A stretch of 64,000 nucleotides of DNA, from contig OZ242351.1 in the NCBI GenBank assembly GCA_965208675.1, positions 800,001 through 864,000 on the forward strand. The letters are read 5' to 3'. The position numbers and the translations under genes were made by a program. Below are positions 1 through 9,092 of the stretch, one piece after another. The DNA comes from Candidatus Poribacteria bacterium (GTDB lineage Bacteria; Poribacteria; WGA-4E; PCPOR2b). Below the pieces are notes generated by a model. The model was not told where the DNA came from, searched no databases, and saw nothing but the letters and a program-made list of their open reading frames with translations. Numbering within the stretch: position 1 is the stretch's first letter; every line of letters starts with the position of its first letter.

Positions 1-82
1 GATCATCAACCTGCGAATTCCCCGCGACAGGCATTGCCATCAATAGGCTCACGATGGCTAACGTAACTACAATAAGTTTCAT
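1..82 (-). CDS. 5' end of a secreted protein, probably another LamG-like protein (runs off the window)
   Basis: RBS AGGAGG then ATG; translates MKLIVVTLAIVSLLMAMPVAGNSQVDD, a signal peptide; co-oriented with the neighbouring LamG gene. Confidence 0.65.
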   Translation of the reverse strand, partial: MKLIVVTLAIVSLLMAMPVAGNSQVDD

Positions 83-122
83 TATTGCTGATTCCTCCTA
101 TCCTAAGGTATGTGTGTTACGT

Positions 123-164
123 ACTCAACCTTCGGTGGTTTTTGACCCGCGTCGAAGGTTGAGT
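123..164. terminator. Intergenic stem-loop downstream of LamG gene
   Basis: 12-bp inverted repeat ACTCAACCTTCG / CGAAGGTTGAGT; T-rich tract only on the + side. Confidence 0.45.
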
Positions 165-193
165 TTATTTTACGAAATTGGAACACAATAGGG

Positions 194-976
194 TTAACGG
201 TCCCGCTTCAGATTTCCCCAGGTAGTGGCTAATTTACTTTCCGGTTCAACTGCGCCGCCAGGCTCGATTCCACCCATGTCTGCTTGGATTTGTTCTGGGC
301 TTCTTACGCCGTTCCACAGTGCAACTTCGTCAATAGCGCCCTTGAAAAATTCGCCAATAGCTTCTTTCGATCGAACGCCGACCACGAAACTCGGTGAACC
401 CTCGTATGTAGTTTCTCCATCACGGTCACCATTGTTGGCAACCTCCTCACCATTGACGTAAGAAATGGCTGTGTCCCCATCAAATGTAAAGGCTATGTGA
501 GTCCACACACCCGACTCAATCGATCCCGAGTCGTATTCGCGATCAACACCAGCAATGCTCACCCATGTTGCCATTGCGCCGCCGCGAACACCGATCTGCT
601 GACCGACCCAGGGATCGTCCCATTCAGCGCCATCATCAAAAGGCGTTCCACAAGCGAATTGCGTAGGACCCGCATCTTCGGAATTGACCCATGCTTCAAG
701 TGTGACGTATTTTGCAATTTGGAACATATCGGAATTCCCGGCGTCAATGAAGTCGTCTGCGCCGTCAAACTGAACAGCGCCGCCCATCGGACCCGACGTC
801 CTAGCAACACCGTTCATCAGAGTCCCATGATTCCCGTTGCCGCTGCCATCCATAGCCGTATCACCGGAACCCTCTTCGAAGTTGAAATACAGCACTAAAT
901 CTTGTGCGACACCAATCGAGGTAAAACCCGCCGTCAACAACGCGACAAGCGCAATTGTTAAACTCAAATTTCTCAT
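194..976 (-). CDS. Secreted LamG-like jellyroll (concanavalin A-like) domain protein
   Basis: Signal peptide; LVLYFNFEEG..DGSGNGNHG, TLEAWV, WTHIAFTFDG..YVNG, FKGAIDEVALWN motifs; C-terminal AVEPESKLATTWGNLKR tail. Confidence 0.92.
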   Translation of the reverse strand: MRNLSLTIALVALLTAGFTSIGVAQDLVLYFNFEEGSGDTAMDGSGNGNHGTLMNGVARTSGPMGGAVQFDGADDFIDAGNSDMFQIAKYVTLEAWVNSEDAGPTQFACGTPFDDGAEWDDPWVGQQIGVRGGAMATWVSIAGVDREYDSGSIESGVWTHIAFTFDGDTAISYVNGEEVANNGDRDGETTYEGSPSFVVGVRSKEAIGEFFKGAIDEVALWNGVRSPEQIQADMGGIEPGGAVEPESKLATTWGNLKRDR

Positions 977-1271
977 TCAAATTCTCCTAGTCTTATTTTA
1001 ATTTTTTCAGAATTTTCAGTGACATCTGTGAATCTACTATTATACTAATTTTCAAAAAAAAATCCAAGAAAAATATTGAACTTTAGACATACGCAGATTA
1101 ACATCCAAATTTTAGAACTCGGGTTATGCCATTCGGTTCATACCAACCACCTTTTCGATGCAAAGTGTCTGATGCCTAATGGCTTGAACAGATCCGATAA
1201 TGACGGACGCAGATAGAATTTTAAAGCCTTGTGAGAGAAGTTTTTAGACGGTTACATGTCACAGATTTTCG

Positions 1272-1300
1272 TTGCAGGCTCCATTCAGGTATGCTATAAT
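1272..1300 (+). promoter_or_regulatory. Sigma70-type promoter upstream of the ppa-like/mtnA genes
   Basis: TTGCAG-17 bp-TATAAT with TG extended -10. Confidence 0.55.
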
Positions 1301-1532
1301 GAGACAAAATGAAAATGAATTTACAGTCTTAATCCCGGCACGCTATTTCATAATAGGAGGTGCCGTAAAAAGGCAATTTTTTTCAGTCGAATTAACGTGT
1401 AGGAACCGGAATTCCCGTTTAGAATGGCTGCTTAATTTCAACTGAGAGCGGTTGATTTTTTTCTTGAATCATTCAGATCTCATGGGCCGAGAATATCAAA
1501 ACTAACTGTTAGCTACTATAGAAGGTAAAAAG

Positions 1533-2168
1533 ATGAATCTGCAGGAAATCTCCCTTGGACGTCATGCACCTTCGATAGTCAATGTCGTCATTGAAGCATC
1601 GAAGAACAGTCAGGAGAAATATCACTTCCACGCCAAGAGCGGCAGATTTAAACTGGCGTATAAGTTCAGCGTGCCGGTTCCAACAGAATACGGTTGGATA
1701 CCAGAAACCATAGCGGAGGATGGACACTTCCTCAATGCCATGGTGATTGGCCGTGAGCCGACTCACCCGGGTTATATCTGTGAGGCGCGCCCGATTGGCA
1801 TGCTGAAACGGAAAGACAACGATCATCACGTAATTTGTGTTCTGCTGGGCGACGAAGAGTACGCTTCCATTCAGGATATTGCCGACCTGAATATCAATTG
1901 GATACGGAAGATTGTCGCCTTTTTTGAACCCTACTTTGCGCTGTCCGGCTGGCTCACCAGAATCGAAGCAATAGAGGCGATTAAAACCGCGCACGGGAAA
2001 TACCGCACTAGACGCAGACGGCCGCACACTGCAAGAGGGCGCAGAAACAAACCGGCTCTAAGTGGTTCAAACAATACCCGCACGCCGCAGGTCGAATCGG
2101 GCGATGACCGTGAGCGAGTTGATGCACCTTATCCCGCGGAGGAAGAGGATGCCCACCCCAACAATTGA
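1533..2168 (+). CDS. ppa: Family I inorganic pyrophosphatase-like protein, degenerate active site, Arg-rich then acidic C-terminal tail
   Basis: VNVVIE..KY, YGWIPETIAEDG, PGYICEARPIGML and FFEPY match the PPase fold, but DGDPLD reads DGHFLN. Confidence 0.8.
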   Translation: MNLQEISLGRHAPSIVNVVIEASKNSQEKYHFHAKSGRFKLAYKFSVPVPTEYGWIPETIAEDGHFLNAMVIGREPTHPGYICEARPIGMLKRKDNDHHVICVLLGDEEYASIQDIADLNINWIRKIVAFFEPYFALSGWLTRIEAIEAIKTAHGKYRTRRRRPHTARGRRNKPALSGSNNTRTPQVESGDDRERVDAPYPAEEEDAHPNN

Positions 2169-3219
2169 GTGGGTTGATGGCGGCGTACGTCTGATCGATC
2201 AAACCCTGCTGCCGAATGAACTCAAACAGATAGATTGCAATGATGTAGAATGCGTTTGGGAAGCAATTAAGTCGCTTAGAGTTCGCGGTGCACCCGCGAT
2301 TGGAATAGCGGCCGCTTTGGGCACAGTTTTAGGAATCTGGAACTCAAAAAAAACAAGATACACTGAATTTGTCGATGAACTTCATGGAGTGACAGACTAT
2401 CTTGCGTCCTCTCGTCCAACGGCCGTGAACCTGTTTTGGGCACTCGACCGCATGAAGATGACAGCAGAAAAGCACAATCATCTAAAGATTGCCGAGATCA
2501 AGCGGATTTTGCTGGATGAAGCACTGAAAATCATCGATGAAGACCGCGCGATGTGCCGCGCAATTGGAGAACACGGTCTAAGTCTCATAAAAAACAACGA
2601 TACAATTTTGACACATTGTAATGCCGGAGGATTAGCAACTGCTGACTATGGGACGGCTCTAGCAGTGATGTTCAAAGCTCATGAGTCCGGTAAGAAAATT
2701 CGAGTCTACGCCGATGAGACGAGGCCGCTGCTCCAAGGATCCCGTTTGACGACTTGGGAGTTGATGCAAGCGGGTATAGATGTGACGCTAATCTGCGACA
2801 ACATGGCAGCACAAGTGATGAAAGAGGGTAAAATTCAGTGCGTTATTGTGGGCGCGGACCGTATCGCAGCAAATGGAGACGCAGCAAATAAAATTGGAAC
2901 ATACGGCGTCGCTGTACTAGCTGAAGCCCATGAAATCCCATTCTATGTCGCTGCCCCAACATCAACACTTGATTTCTCATTAGACACCGGAGCGCAAATC
3001 CCCATTGAACAGCGCCGCGCTGAAGAAATAACAGAGGGGTTTGGGAGACAGACTGCTCCGGAAGGCGTCAAAGTTTACAGTCCTGCCTTCGATGTTACGC
3101 CAGCCCGCTTAATTGATGCAATTATCACGGACAAGGGAATTGTACGCCCACCCTATGAAATTAACCTGAAAGTGCTCGCCGATAATCGAGAAATGCCCAA
3201 CCACGCTCAGAGTAGCTAA
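2149..3219 (+). CDS. mtnA: S-methyl-5-thioribose-1-phosphate isomerase
   Basis: LIDQTLLP, VRGAPAIG, SRPTAVNL, THCNAGGLAT, ETRPLLQGSRLT, GADRIAANGD, FDVTP motifs; ATG 2149 after GGAGG. Confidence 0.96.
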   Translation: MPTPTIEWVDGGVRLIDQTLLPNELKQIDCNDVECVWEAIKSLRVRGAPAIGIAAALGTVLGIWNSKKTRYTEFVDELHGVTDYLASSRPTAVNLFWALDRMKMTAEKHNHLKIAEIKRILLDEALKIIDEDRAMCRAIGEHGLSLIKNNDTILTHCNAGGLATADYGTALAVMFKAHESGKKIRVYADETRPLLQGSRLTTWELMQAGIDVTLICDNMAAQVMKEGKIQCVIVGADRIAANGDAANKIGTYGVAVLAEAHEIPFYVAAPTSTLDFSLDTGAQIPIEQRRAEEITEGFGRQTAPEGVKVYSPAFDVTPARLIDAIITDKGIVRPPYEINLKVLADNREMPNHAQSS

Positions 3220-3295
3220 AGTAGCTTGAAGTTGTTTCAGTGAGTTTGGCTTTAACCGAAACACCGCTAACCGCCACACCATTTTAAGGATGAAA

Positions 3296-4654
3296 ATGGC
3301 TACCCCTGTTGTTATGCCCAAGCTCGGGCAATCTGTAGAAAGTTGCATTATCGTCAGTTGGAAAAAAGAAAAAGGGGATTCTATCGCTGAAGGCGAATTG
3401 CTCTGCGAAATAGAAACCGATAAGGCAACGCTTGAACTGGAAAGCACCGCTGCTGGGACGATATTGGAACTATTTTTCAGCGAGGGCGATGAGGTCCAGG
3501 TTCAGTCCAATATCGCCGTAATTGGGGAACCTGGAGAAGATGTGAATAGCTGGCGGACCGACTCGGTGGCAAAGACCTCTGCGGGAGAAGGCACGGATCG
3601 TAATTCCGGTGACGCGGTTGAGCCAGCTCCAACCGAACAGAATACTTCACCGCAACCTCCCATCATCCAAGCTACGCCGACACGAACAAGTTTAAACTCT
3701 ACTAGGATGTCGCCTCGTGCCGCACATTTGGCGGCAAAGCACGGCGTAAATACTGCGAATGTTCGTGGAACTGGCCCGGGCGGCCGCATAATCGCACGAG
3801 ATATACAAACATCCCTCGCCGACAGACAGCCGATGACACCTCGTGCGAAGGACGCGGCGGCACAGGACGACCTCATTGCACCAACCCACGGTTCAGGAAT
3901 TGGCGGGCGGGTGACCGCTGGAGATCTGCGTGCTAAAGAGAATACCCCTTCGCCGGCGAGTGAAATAAACACGATTCCGCTTAAAGGCATAAGAAAGATT
4001 GTCGCCGAGCGCATGTTAAGTTCCATGCAATCCACAGCTCAACTCACACTTAATGCATCGGCGGATGCACGCGCGTTACTAGCGTATCGTGAGTGTTTGA
4101 AGCAAAGTGAGGAATCGCTCGACTTACGAGGCATCACCGTCAACGATTTACTGCTATTCGCCGTGTCAAGGACATTGGCTGAATACCCTGACTTAAATGC
4201 ACTTTTCACGGAAGACACAATTTACCAATATCGGGACGTACACCTAGGGTTTGCGGTGGATACGCCTCGCGGTTTAATAGTGCCGGTAATTCACAATGCT
4301 AACGCTTTAAATTTGAAAGGCATTTCTCAAGAATCGAAAAAGCTCGCTGCCGCCTGTATAGAAGGAAATGTATCACCCGACGCATTGACCGGCGGAACCT
4401 TTACAGTGACGAACCTCGGCGGATTAGGGATCGAGAACTTTACACCCATTCTCAATCCGCCTCAGACTGGAATTCTTGGAATAGGAAGCGTAAACCTAAA
4501 ACCGATGGAAATCGGAGGCGACGTGCAGTTTGTTCCGCACATTGGATTATCTTTGACAATAAACCACCAAGTGGTTGATGGAGCGCCTGCCGCGCGGTTT
4601 CTGCAGACGTTATCGCAACGATTGGCTAATTTCAATTCTTTGCTGGCTATGTAA
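3296..4654 (+). CDS. pdhC: 2-oxoacid dehydrogenase E2 (dihydrolipoamide acyltransferase)
   Basis: Lipoyl domain EIETDKA, two E3-binding GTGPGGRI/GSGIGGRV motifs, GGTFTVTNLG, HQVVDG catalytic motif. Confidence 0.92.
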   Translation: MATPVVMPKLGQSVESCIIVSWKKEKGDSIAEGELLCEIETDKATLELESTAAGTILELFFSEGDEVQVQSNIAVIGEPGEDVNSWRTDSVAKTSAGEGTDRNSGDAVEPAPTEQNTSPQPPIIQATPTRTSLNSTRMSPRAAHLAAKHGVNTANVRGTGPGGRIIARDIQTSLADRQPMTPRAKDAAAQDDLIAPTHGSGIGGRVTAGDLRAKENTPSPASEINTIPLKGIRKIVAERMLSSMQSTAQLTLNASADARALLAYRECLKQSEESLDLRGITVNDLLLFAVSRTLAEYPDLNALFTEDTIYQYRDVHLGFAVDTPRGLIVPVIHNANALNLKGISQESKKLAAACIEGNVSPDALTGGTFTVTNLGGLGIENFTPILNPPQTGILGIGSVNLKPMEIGGDVQFVPHIGLSLTINHQVVDGAPAARFLQTLSQRLANFNSLLAM

Positions 4655-4754
4655 CCGAGCTAAATCATCGCAGAAATAGCGGTAGACATAGATTTGGCAA
4701 TTCGAAAAGTGTCTGCGAATTTGCAAATGGATAGCAACATAGCTGGGGAATGCA

Positions 4755-5549
4755 ATGCCGAAATCCCGCATAATTTTTCTATTTCTAATCGTCCCGACAA
4801 TCGCTGGCTGTGCCACGCCGTATGTGCGGCAGTGGGAGTCTCAACTTTGGCAAGTGCCAAACGAATCCGCTGGCGCAACACCGGAATTCGGCCAGTTCAA
4901 TGCACAGGATCTAGATTTTGGAATAATCTGTACAGAATTCCGGCAGGTCGGTAATCCAAATAACCGTATCATCGGCATTGGTGTCTCATGCCGCAATGAC
5001 GCTATGGAACCAATGTCTTTGCCGTTAAATCCAATTCAGGTTGTTGATGCGTCAAAAGTATTGGCAAAACCTCTCTCCCTGAACCACGTTATGTATAAGT
5101 TTTACGGGGGCGGGTTGCGTGAAGACGCCCAGATTGAACGCCTTGCTGAAACCAGTAAGCCGTTAGCCGCTTACGGGAGTTCATTCTTGGAAAACGTGCT
5201 TATTGGGGTAATAAATGCATATCGGGAATACGAACACGGGGCAATTATTTCTGAATTCCACCGTAAGGAGGCCTTGCCGTACGATTTGTATTATAAAGGC
5301 TTCACACCGACGACATTGCCGACAGGCGTTTCAACGGTGTGGATAACATATTACCCTATTACAACGGACACATTAACGGTAATGTTACACGGAGGAAAAA
5401 TCGAGGAGGGAATAATCTTCGAACAACCGCCGCCGCCAGCACAACCAAAAGTAAATTCCGAGGAACGCGAAGCAGATCTTTCGGGAGTGTGGATATTGCA
5501 CGTTACTTTTGTTGCCTTCATGATTATTATCGTCATGAGTACGAATTAA
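4755..5549 (+). CDS. Hypothetical lipoprotein with C-terminal TM helix
   Basis: IAGC lipobox; Pro-rich linker; hydrophobic C-terminus. Confidence 0.65.
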   Translation: MPKSRIIFLFLIVPTIAGCATPYVRQWESQLWQVPNESAGATPEFGQFNAQDLDFGIICTEFRQVGNPNNRIIGIGVSCRNDAMEPMSLPLNPIQVVDASKVLAKPLSLNHVMYKFYGGGLREDAQIERLAETSKPLAAYGSSFLENVLIGVINAYREYEHGAIISEFHRKEALPYDLYYKGFTPTTLPTGVSTVWITYYPITTDTLTVMLHGGKIEEGIIFEQPPPPAQPKVNSEEREADLSGVWILHVTFVAFMIIIVMSTN

Positions 5550-5657
5550 CCTTTAAAACCACGACCGGGACAACGGAGAGAAGTTGCTATTCCAGTGAAC
5601 AAAGTTGCGAGAATTGTGTCCCAGCAAGTGTAGTTCATATGCATCTTAATTGTCACT

Positions 5658-6614
5658 TTACCCAATCCTATACTTTCCCAACCCGAACATTGCGTTATTG
5701 CCGACGTGCAGGAGTTCGCCTAGCACTACGAACGGCATAAACATCGCTAGTTCACCTTCATAAGTAACATTACCAACCAGTCCGTCGAACTGCGCCTTTT
5801 TATCCTGCCGCGACGCATGTTGTGTCACATCTTTCCACTCAAGTGAGGTTTCGGTCGTTTTAACAGTCTTCGCCTTTTCAATTAGTTCTTTAAAGTCGAT
5901 TTCTAGCGATTCACCGCAATGGAAATACGCCAGCGCCGAGATGCGTTCAATCAAATGCTTCCAGAAGACGTGGAACGGCAGCTTATCCATTAACTCTCCG
6001 TCATGCGCGATCCGTGTTGGTGCCAGTAGATGCAGCGTCAAGGTATTCAATGAGTCAAAACGCGCAGCGAGCAATGATAAGGCTTCCCTCTGAATCTCGG
6101 CAAATCTGAGAGCGTTATCAAAATTGTGCACCATCTGCGTGTCGCTATCATAGACCGACTCCCTGCTGTCGGTCAGGACTTGGGTCAACTGAAAGCGCCC
6201 ACGCTTCTTGCCAATGCCGCTCTCGCCCAAGTCGCGGAAACTGACTAAAAAATATGGCAGGTAATCAATAGCACGGCCGATGAGTGTAAGTTGAAATGCG
6301 AAGGATTCGCCGCGGCGGTATTCGCCTTGCGTACCTAACGGATCAATTACGAACGGTCTGGGCACATCGTCGTAGGATGGGAACTGATCCGCTCCTTCGA
6401 AGGGGGCGGTTTCAAAGTTGTAAGGGTAGGAACAGACTGTTTTGAGGGTGCAATCTCGGCAGTCAATGGATCCTTGCGTGCAGACCAACTTTCGGAATGC
6501 CGGTCCCAATCCCGCCCGGAGGGTAGAGCCGGTGTAAGGCGGCATCATAATTGTTGATCGCGCCGTTAGAATCACATGGTAACGCGCAAGCCGGAAGTTT
6601 TGCAGTAAGCTCAT
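5658..6614 (-). CDS. cas6: Orphan CRISPR-associated RAMP endoribonuclease Cas6 (Cys-cluster type)
   Basis: GSTLR, C-x6-CxxC-x5-C cluster, PRPFVI, LIGRAIDYLPY, C-terminal G-loop HVGNNAMFGLGKY. Confidence 0.88.
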   Translation of the reverse strand: MSLLQNFRLARYHVILTARSTIMMPPYTGSTLRAGLGPAFRKLVCTQGSIDCRDCTLKTVCSYPYNFETAPFEGADQFPSYDDVPRPFVIDPLGTQGEYRRGESFAFQLTLIGRAIDYLPYFLVSFRDLGESGIGKKRGRFQLTQVLTDSRESVYDSDTQMVHNFDNALRFAEIQREALSLLAARFDSLNTLTLHLLAPTRIAHDGELMDKLPFHVFWKHLIERISALAYFHCGESLEIDFKELIEKAKTVKTTETSLEWKDVTQHASRQDKKAQFDGLVGNVTYEGELAMFMPFVVLGELLHVGNNAMFGLGKYRIG

Positions 6615-7016
6615 CGGTTTAATCTTTTTACCATCTTGTGTTGATAATTGTCAATCAAAAAATGCACCATCCAATCGCGTCGCAAACAAAACAATCGAGT
6701 CTATTCATGCTAATTCAACATTGTTCTGAAGTTCTCAACTCACGCACGCAGGCTTGGTGGGATTCCTTAGTATGGCGGCGTATATCAAGCAGATAAGACT
6801 TGTTAATTTATTAACAACGCGTTATAATATACATCATATCTCGTACTGGTTTGGTTTGAAAGATTAGTGCTTGAATCGACCAATTTTAAGGTTGATTTTA
6901 CCGCCGTGCTGCAAAAAAGAGTCGCCTGAATCGTCGAAGTATATCTAAATTAGCGTTGACCGAGTCCATCTCAACTCATCCTGGACGTTTTTGTACATTT
7001 GAACGGGGTTAATTTT

Positions 7017-8393
7017 ATGAACAGCGGCGAAAAAGCAATTCGTTGGTTCAGAATTAGATTGGCGATGTTAATGGTGCTAAAAAAGGTCCTCGCAGCCGCA
7101 ACGGTATGGGGGTTGCTTTGGGGCACCGCGATTATCGTGCTCCGCGCAACTATTGGGATGCCGCGTTTCACGCTGCTGGTCGGCGTTATCGGTCTATCAA
7201 TTGCCGTAATCGTTGCTATTATACTCGCGTTGCGTAAAATTCCGAATCGAATTGCCGTAAGAGCTAGCCTAGACAAATACAGCGGCTCCGGCGGGCTTGT
7301 GATGGCGGCAGAAACTGAAGCGCTGGGAAAATGGTCTGAACACATGCCGCGGATCCACCAACCGCGTTTCCGTTGGCGCGGCGGGATTTCTTTAGTCCGC
7401 TTTGCCGGGGCTGCCGTATTTGTATTTATTAGCTTCTTGATTCCGCAACGGTTTGTAGAAATCTCTAAAGCACACCCTCTCGATATCAGCGAAGAGGTCA
7501 ACCAATTGGCGGACGGACTTGATGTGCTCAAAGAAGAAGAGATTATAGAATTAACCCAGGCGGAAGCGCTCGAAAAAAAATTGGATCAGCTCCAAACGGA
7601 GGCTGCAGGCGAAGATCCGGCCAAGACATGGGAAGCGTTGGACCATCTCACGGATGTCATCTCGCAAGAATCCACGGCGGCTGCGGAGGACGCCCTGAGC
7701 GAAACCGAAGGCTTGACGGAGGCAGAAACGCTGGCGGATGCGTTAATGAACGATGCATCAGAAATGGATTCCCGGCTGTTAGCTGAGGCAATGACGGCGT
7801 TGTCTGGTTTGCTTCAGAAGGCGGGTGAAGAGAATGAGTTGCTGGCTGAACAGCTTTCAAATTTGGATGCCGATGCGGGGGAGTTTACCTCCGAGCAACT
7901 TAAAGAAATCTCCGCGGCGTTGCGTCTCTCTAAACGAGAAATCATGGATCGCCTAGCGAAGCTTAATGAAGTTAATCTGATTGATTTGGAAACGCTGAAT
8001 GCGTGCGAGAAGCTTGGGGAGTGCAACAGCGATGGCCTTGCCGCTTTCCTCGCCGAAAACTCGGGACTCATGTCGGTATCCGATTGCGTCAGCGGTTGGT
8101 GTCAGGGCGGTATCGGACGCGGACCTGGCCATGCACCCATGACCTGGACCGACGGCTCCACGGAGGAGGGTGCGGAGTTCAAAGAAGAAACTCTTCCACT
8201 ATCGAACATCGCGTCGCTTCAGGATAGTGAAATTTTTGGGATTAGCGCGGCTGCACCATCAGTAGAGTCATCAAATCCGATAGTGCAATCGGCAGCACTC
8301 AATGGTGCAACGGTTGGCGGAGGTTCATCCGTAACTCAAACCGTCCTGCCCCGTCACAAAGCGTCAGTTAAACGGTATTTTGACAGGCCGTAA
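7017..8393 (+). CDS. Membrane-anchored coiled-coil protein of the MoxR/vWA locus
   Basis: Three N-terminal TM segments, acidic helical region, GGIGRGPGHAPMTW and VLPRHKASVKRYF C-terminal motifs. Confidence 0.75.
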   Translation: MNSGEKAIRWFRIRLAMLMVLKKVLAAATVWGLLWGTAIIVLRATIGMPRFTLLVGVIGLSIAVIVAIILALRKIPNRIAVRASLDKYSGSGGLVMAAETEALGKWSEHMPRIHQPRFRWRGGISLVRFAGAAVFVFISFLIPQRFVEISKAHPLDISEEVNQLADGLDVLKEEEIIELTQAEALEKKLDQLQTEAAGEDPAKTWEALDHLTDVISQESTAAAEDALSETEGLTEAETLADALMNDASEMDSRLLAEAMTALSGLLQKAGEENELLAEQLSNLDADAGEFTSEQLKEISAALRLSKREIMDRLAKLNEVNLIDLETLNACEKLGECNSDGLAAFLAENSGLMSVSDCVSGWCQGGIGRGPGHAPMTWTDGSTEEGAEFKEETLPLSNIASLQDSEIFGISAAAPSVESSNPIVQSAALNGATVGGGSSVTQTVLPRHKASVKRYFDRP

Positions 8394-8405
8394 TACAGCG
8401 TTGAC

Positions 8406-8496
8406 GTAGGCATAATTGAATTGACTCGCAATTAAATCTATACGGTAATTCTTAAACCTATCGAAAAGCGATGATGGCGGCGGTCATTATGCCTAC
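8406..8496. repeat. Inverted repeat pair with GTAG ends (REP-like)
   Basis: GTAGGCATAAT (8406-8416) and ATTATGCCTAC (8486-8496). Confidence 0.45.
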
Positions 8497-8801
8497 TATT
8501 TTCACTAGCAAGAGCACGGGGCACTCGGTGTTGTATTGCCAGAAGGAAGCCGCGTAAAGAAGCCTAATTAATTCAAAGGCTATTTCAATATCGAAGAAGA
8601 CAGATACTGATTACGAGTCTTGCTTGATATAGATTCTCCAATTCACATCAGCCGTCGGAATTGACACTATCAGGCAATCCAGCGGCGATTGCGATAGGCT
8701 TTACTGTAGGTTAAAAAGGTTAAAATTTTCACCTTCCCTTATCAGCCAGTTGATCCGCTTTAGAATAAGGGAGGATTCCTCGATCGAAGCGCAACGCACT
8801 A

Positions 8802-9002
8802 GGTTCTGTTGACATTTTGCGGCTACTGATTCGGCAAACGTTGTCACCATTGGATAATCTGATATAAGTAGCGCAAACTGTTAGTTTGCGGGCTCGAATC
8901 ACAATCTAACAGATTGTGTTACAAAAGATTCCTTTGTACTTGATAGGGACTGCCGTTTAACCGTTCAATTCAACCTACGGGATGCCAAATGTCAACAAAA
9001 CC
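8802..9002. mobile_element. MITE (about 200 bp) with terminal inverted repeats in a CTAG/TA target
   Basis: ACTAGGTTCTGTTGACATTT (8798-8817) vs AAATGTCAACAAAACCTAGT (8987-9006), 19/20 inverted match; no ORF inside. Confidence 0.75.
8868..8922. repeat. REP/REPIN-like palindromic doublet nested in the MITE
   Basis: GTAGCGCAAACTGTTAGTTTGCG ... CACAATCTAACAGATTGTGTTAC; each arm is palindromic and the arms are mutually inverted. Confidence 0.65.
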
Positions 9003-9092
9003 TAGTAAAATATTTTGTCCGATAGAGTTCTTCGCAAAATTTTGGATTTTCCGGTCAGCTTATTCACCCTCTCACTCCACACCTAAGATATA

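Noticed and set aside
1336-1365. Hairpin CGGCAC..GTGCCG in the ppa-like leader as a riboswitch
   Set aside because: Single hairpin with no recognisable aptamer consensus
2062-2148. N-terminal extension of MtnA
   Set aside because: Overlaps the ppa-like gene; RBS and homology begin at 2149
5550-6998. CRISPR array or leader next to cas6
   Set aside because: No regularly spaced direct repeats on either flank
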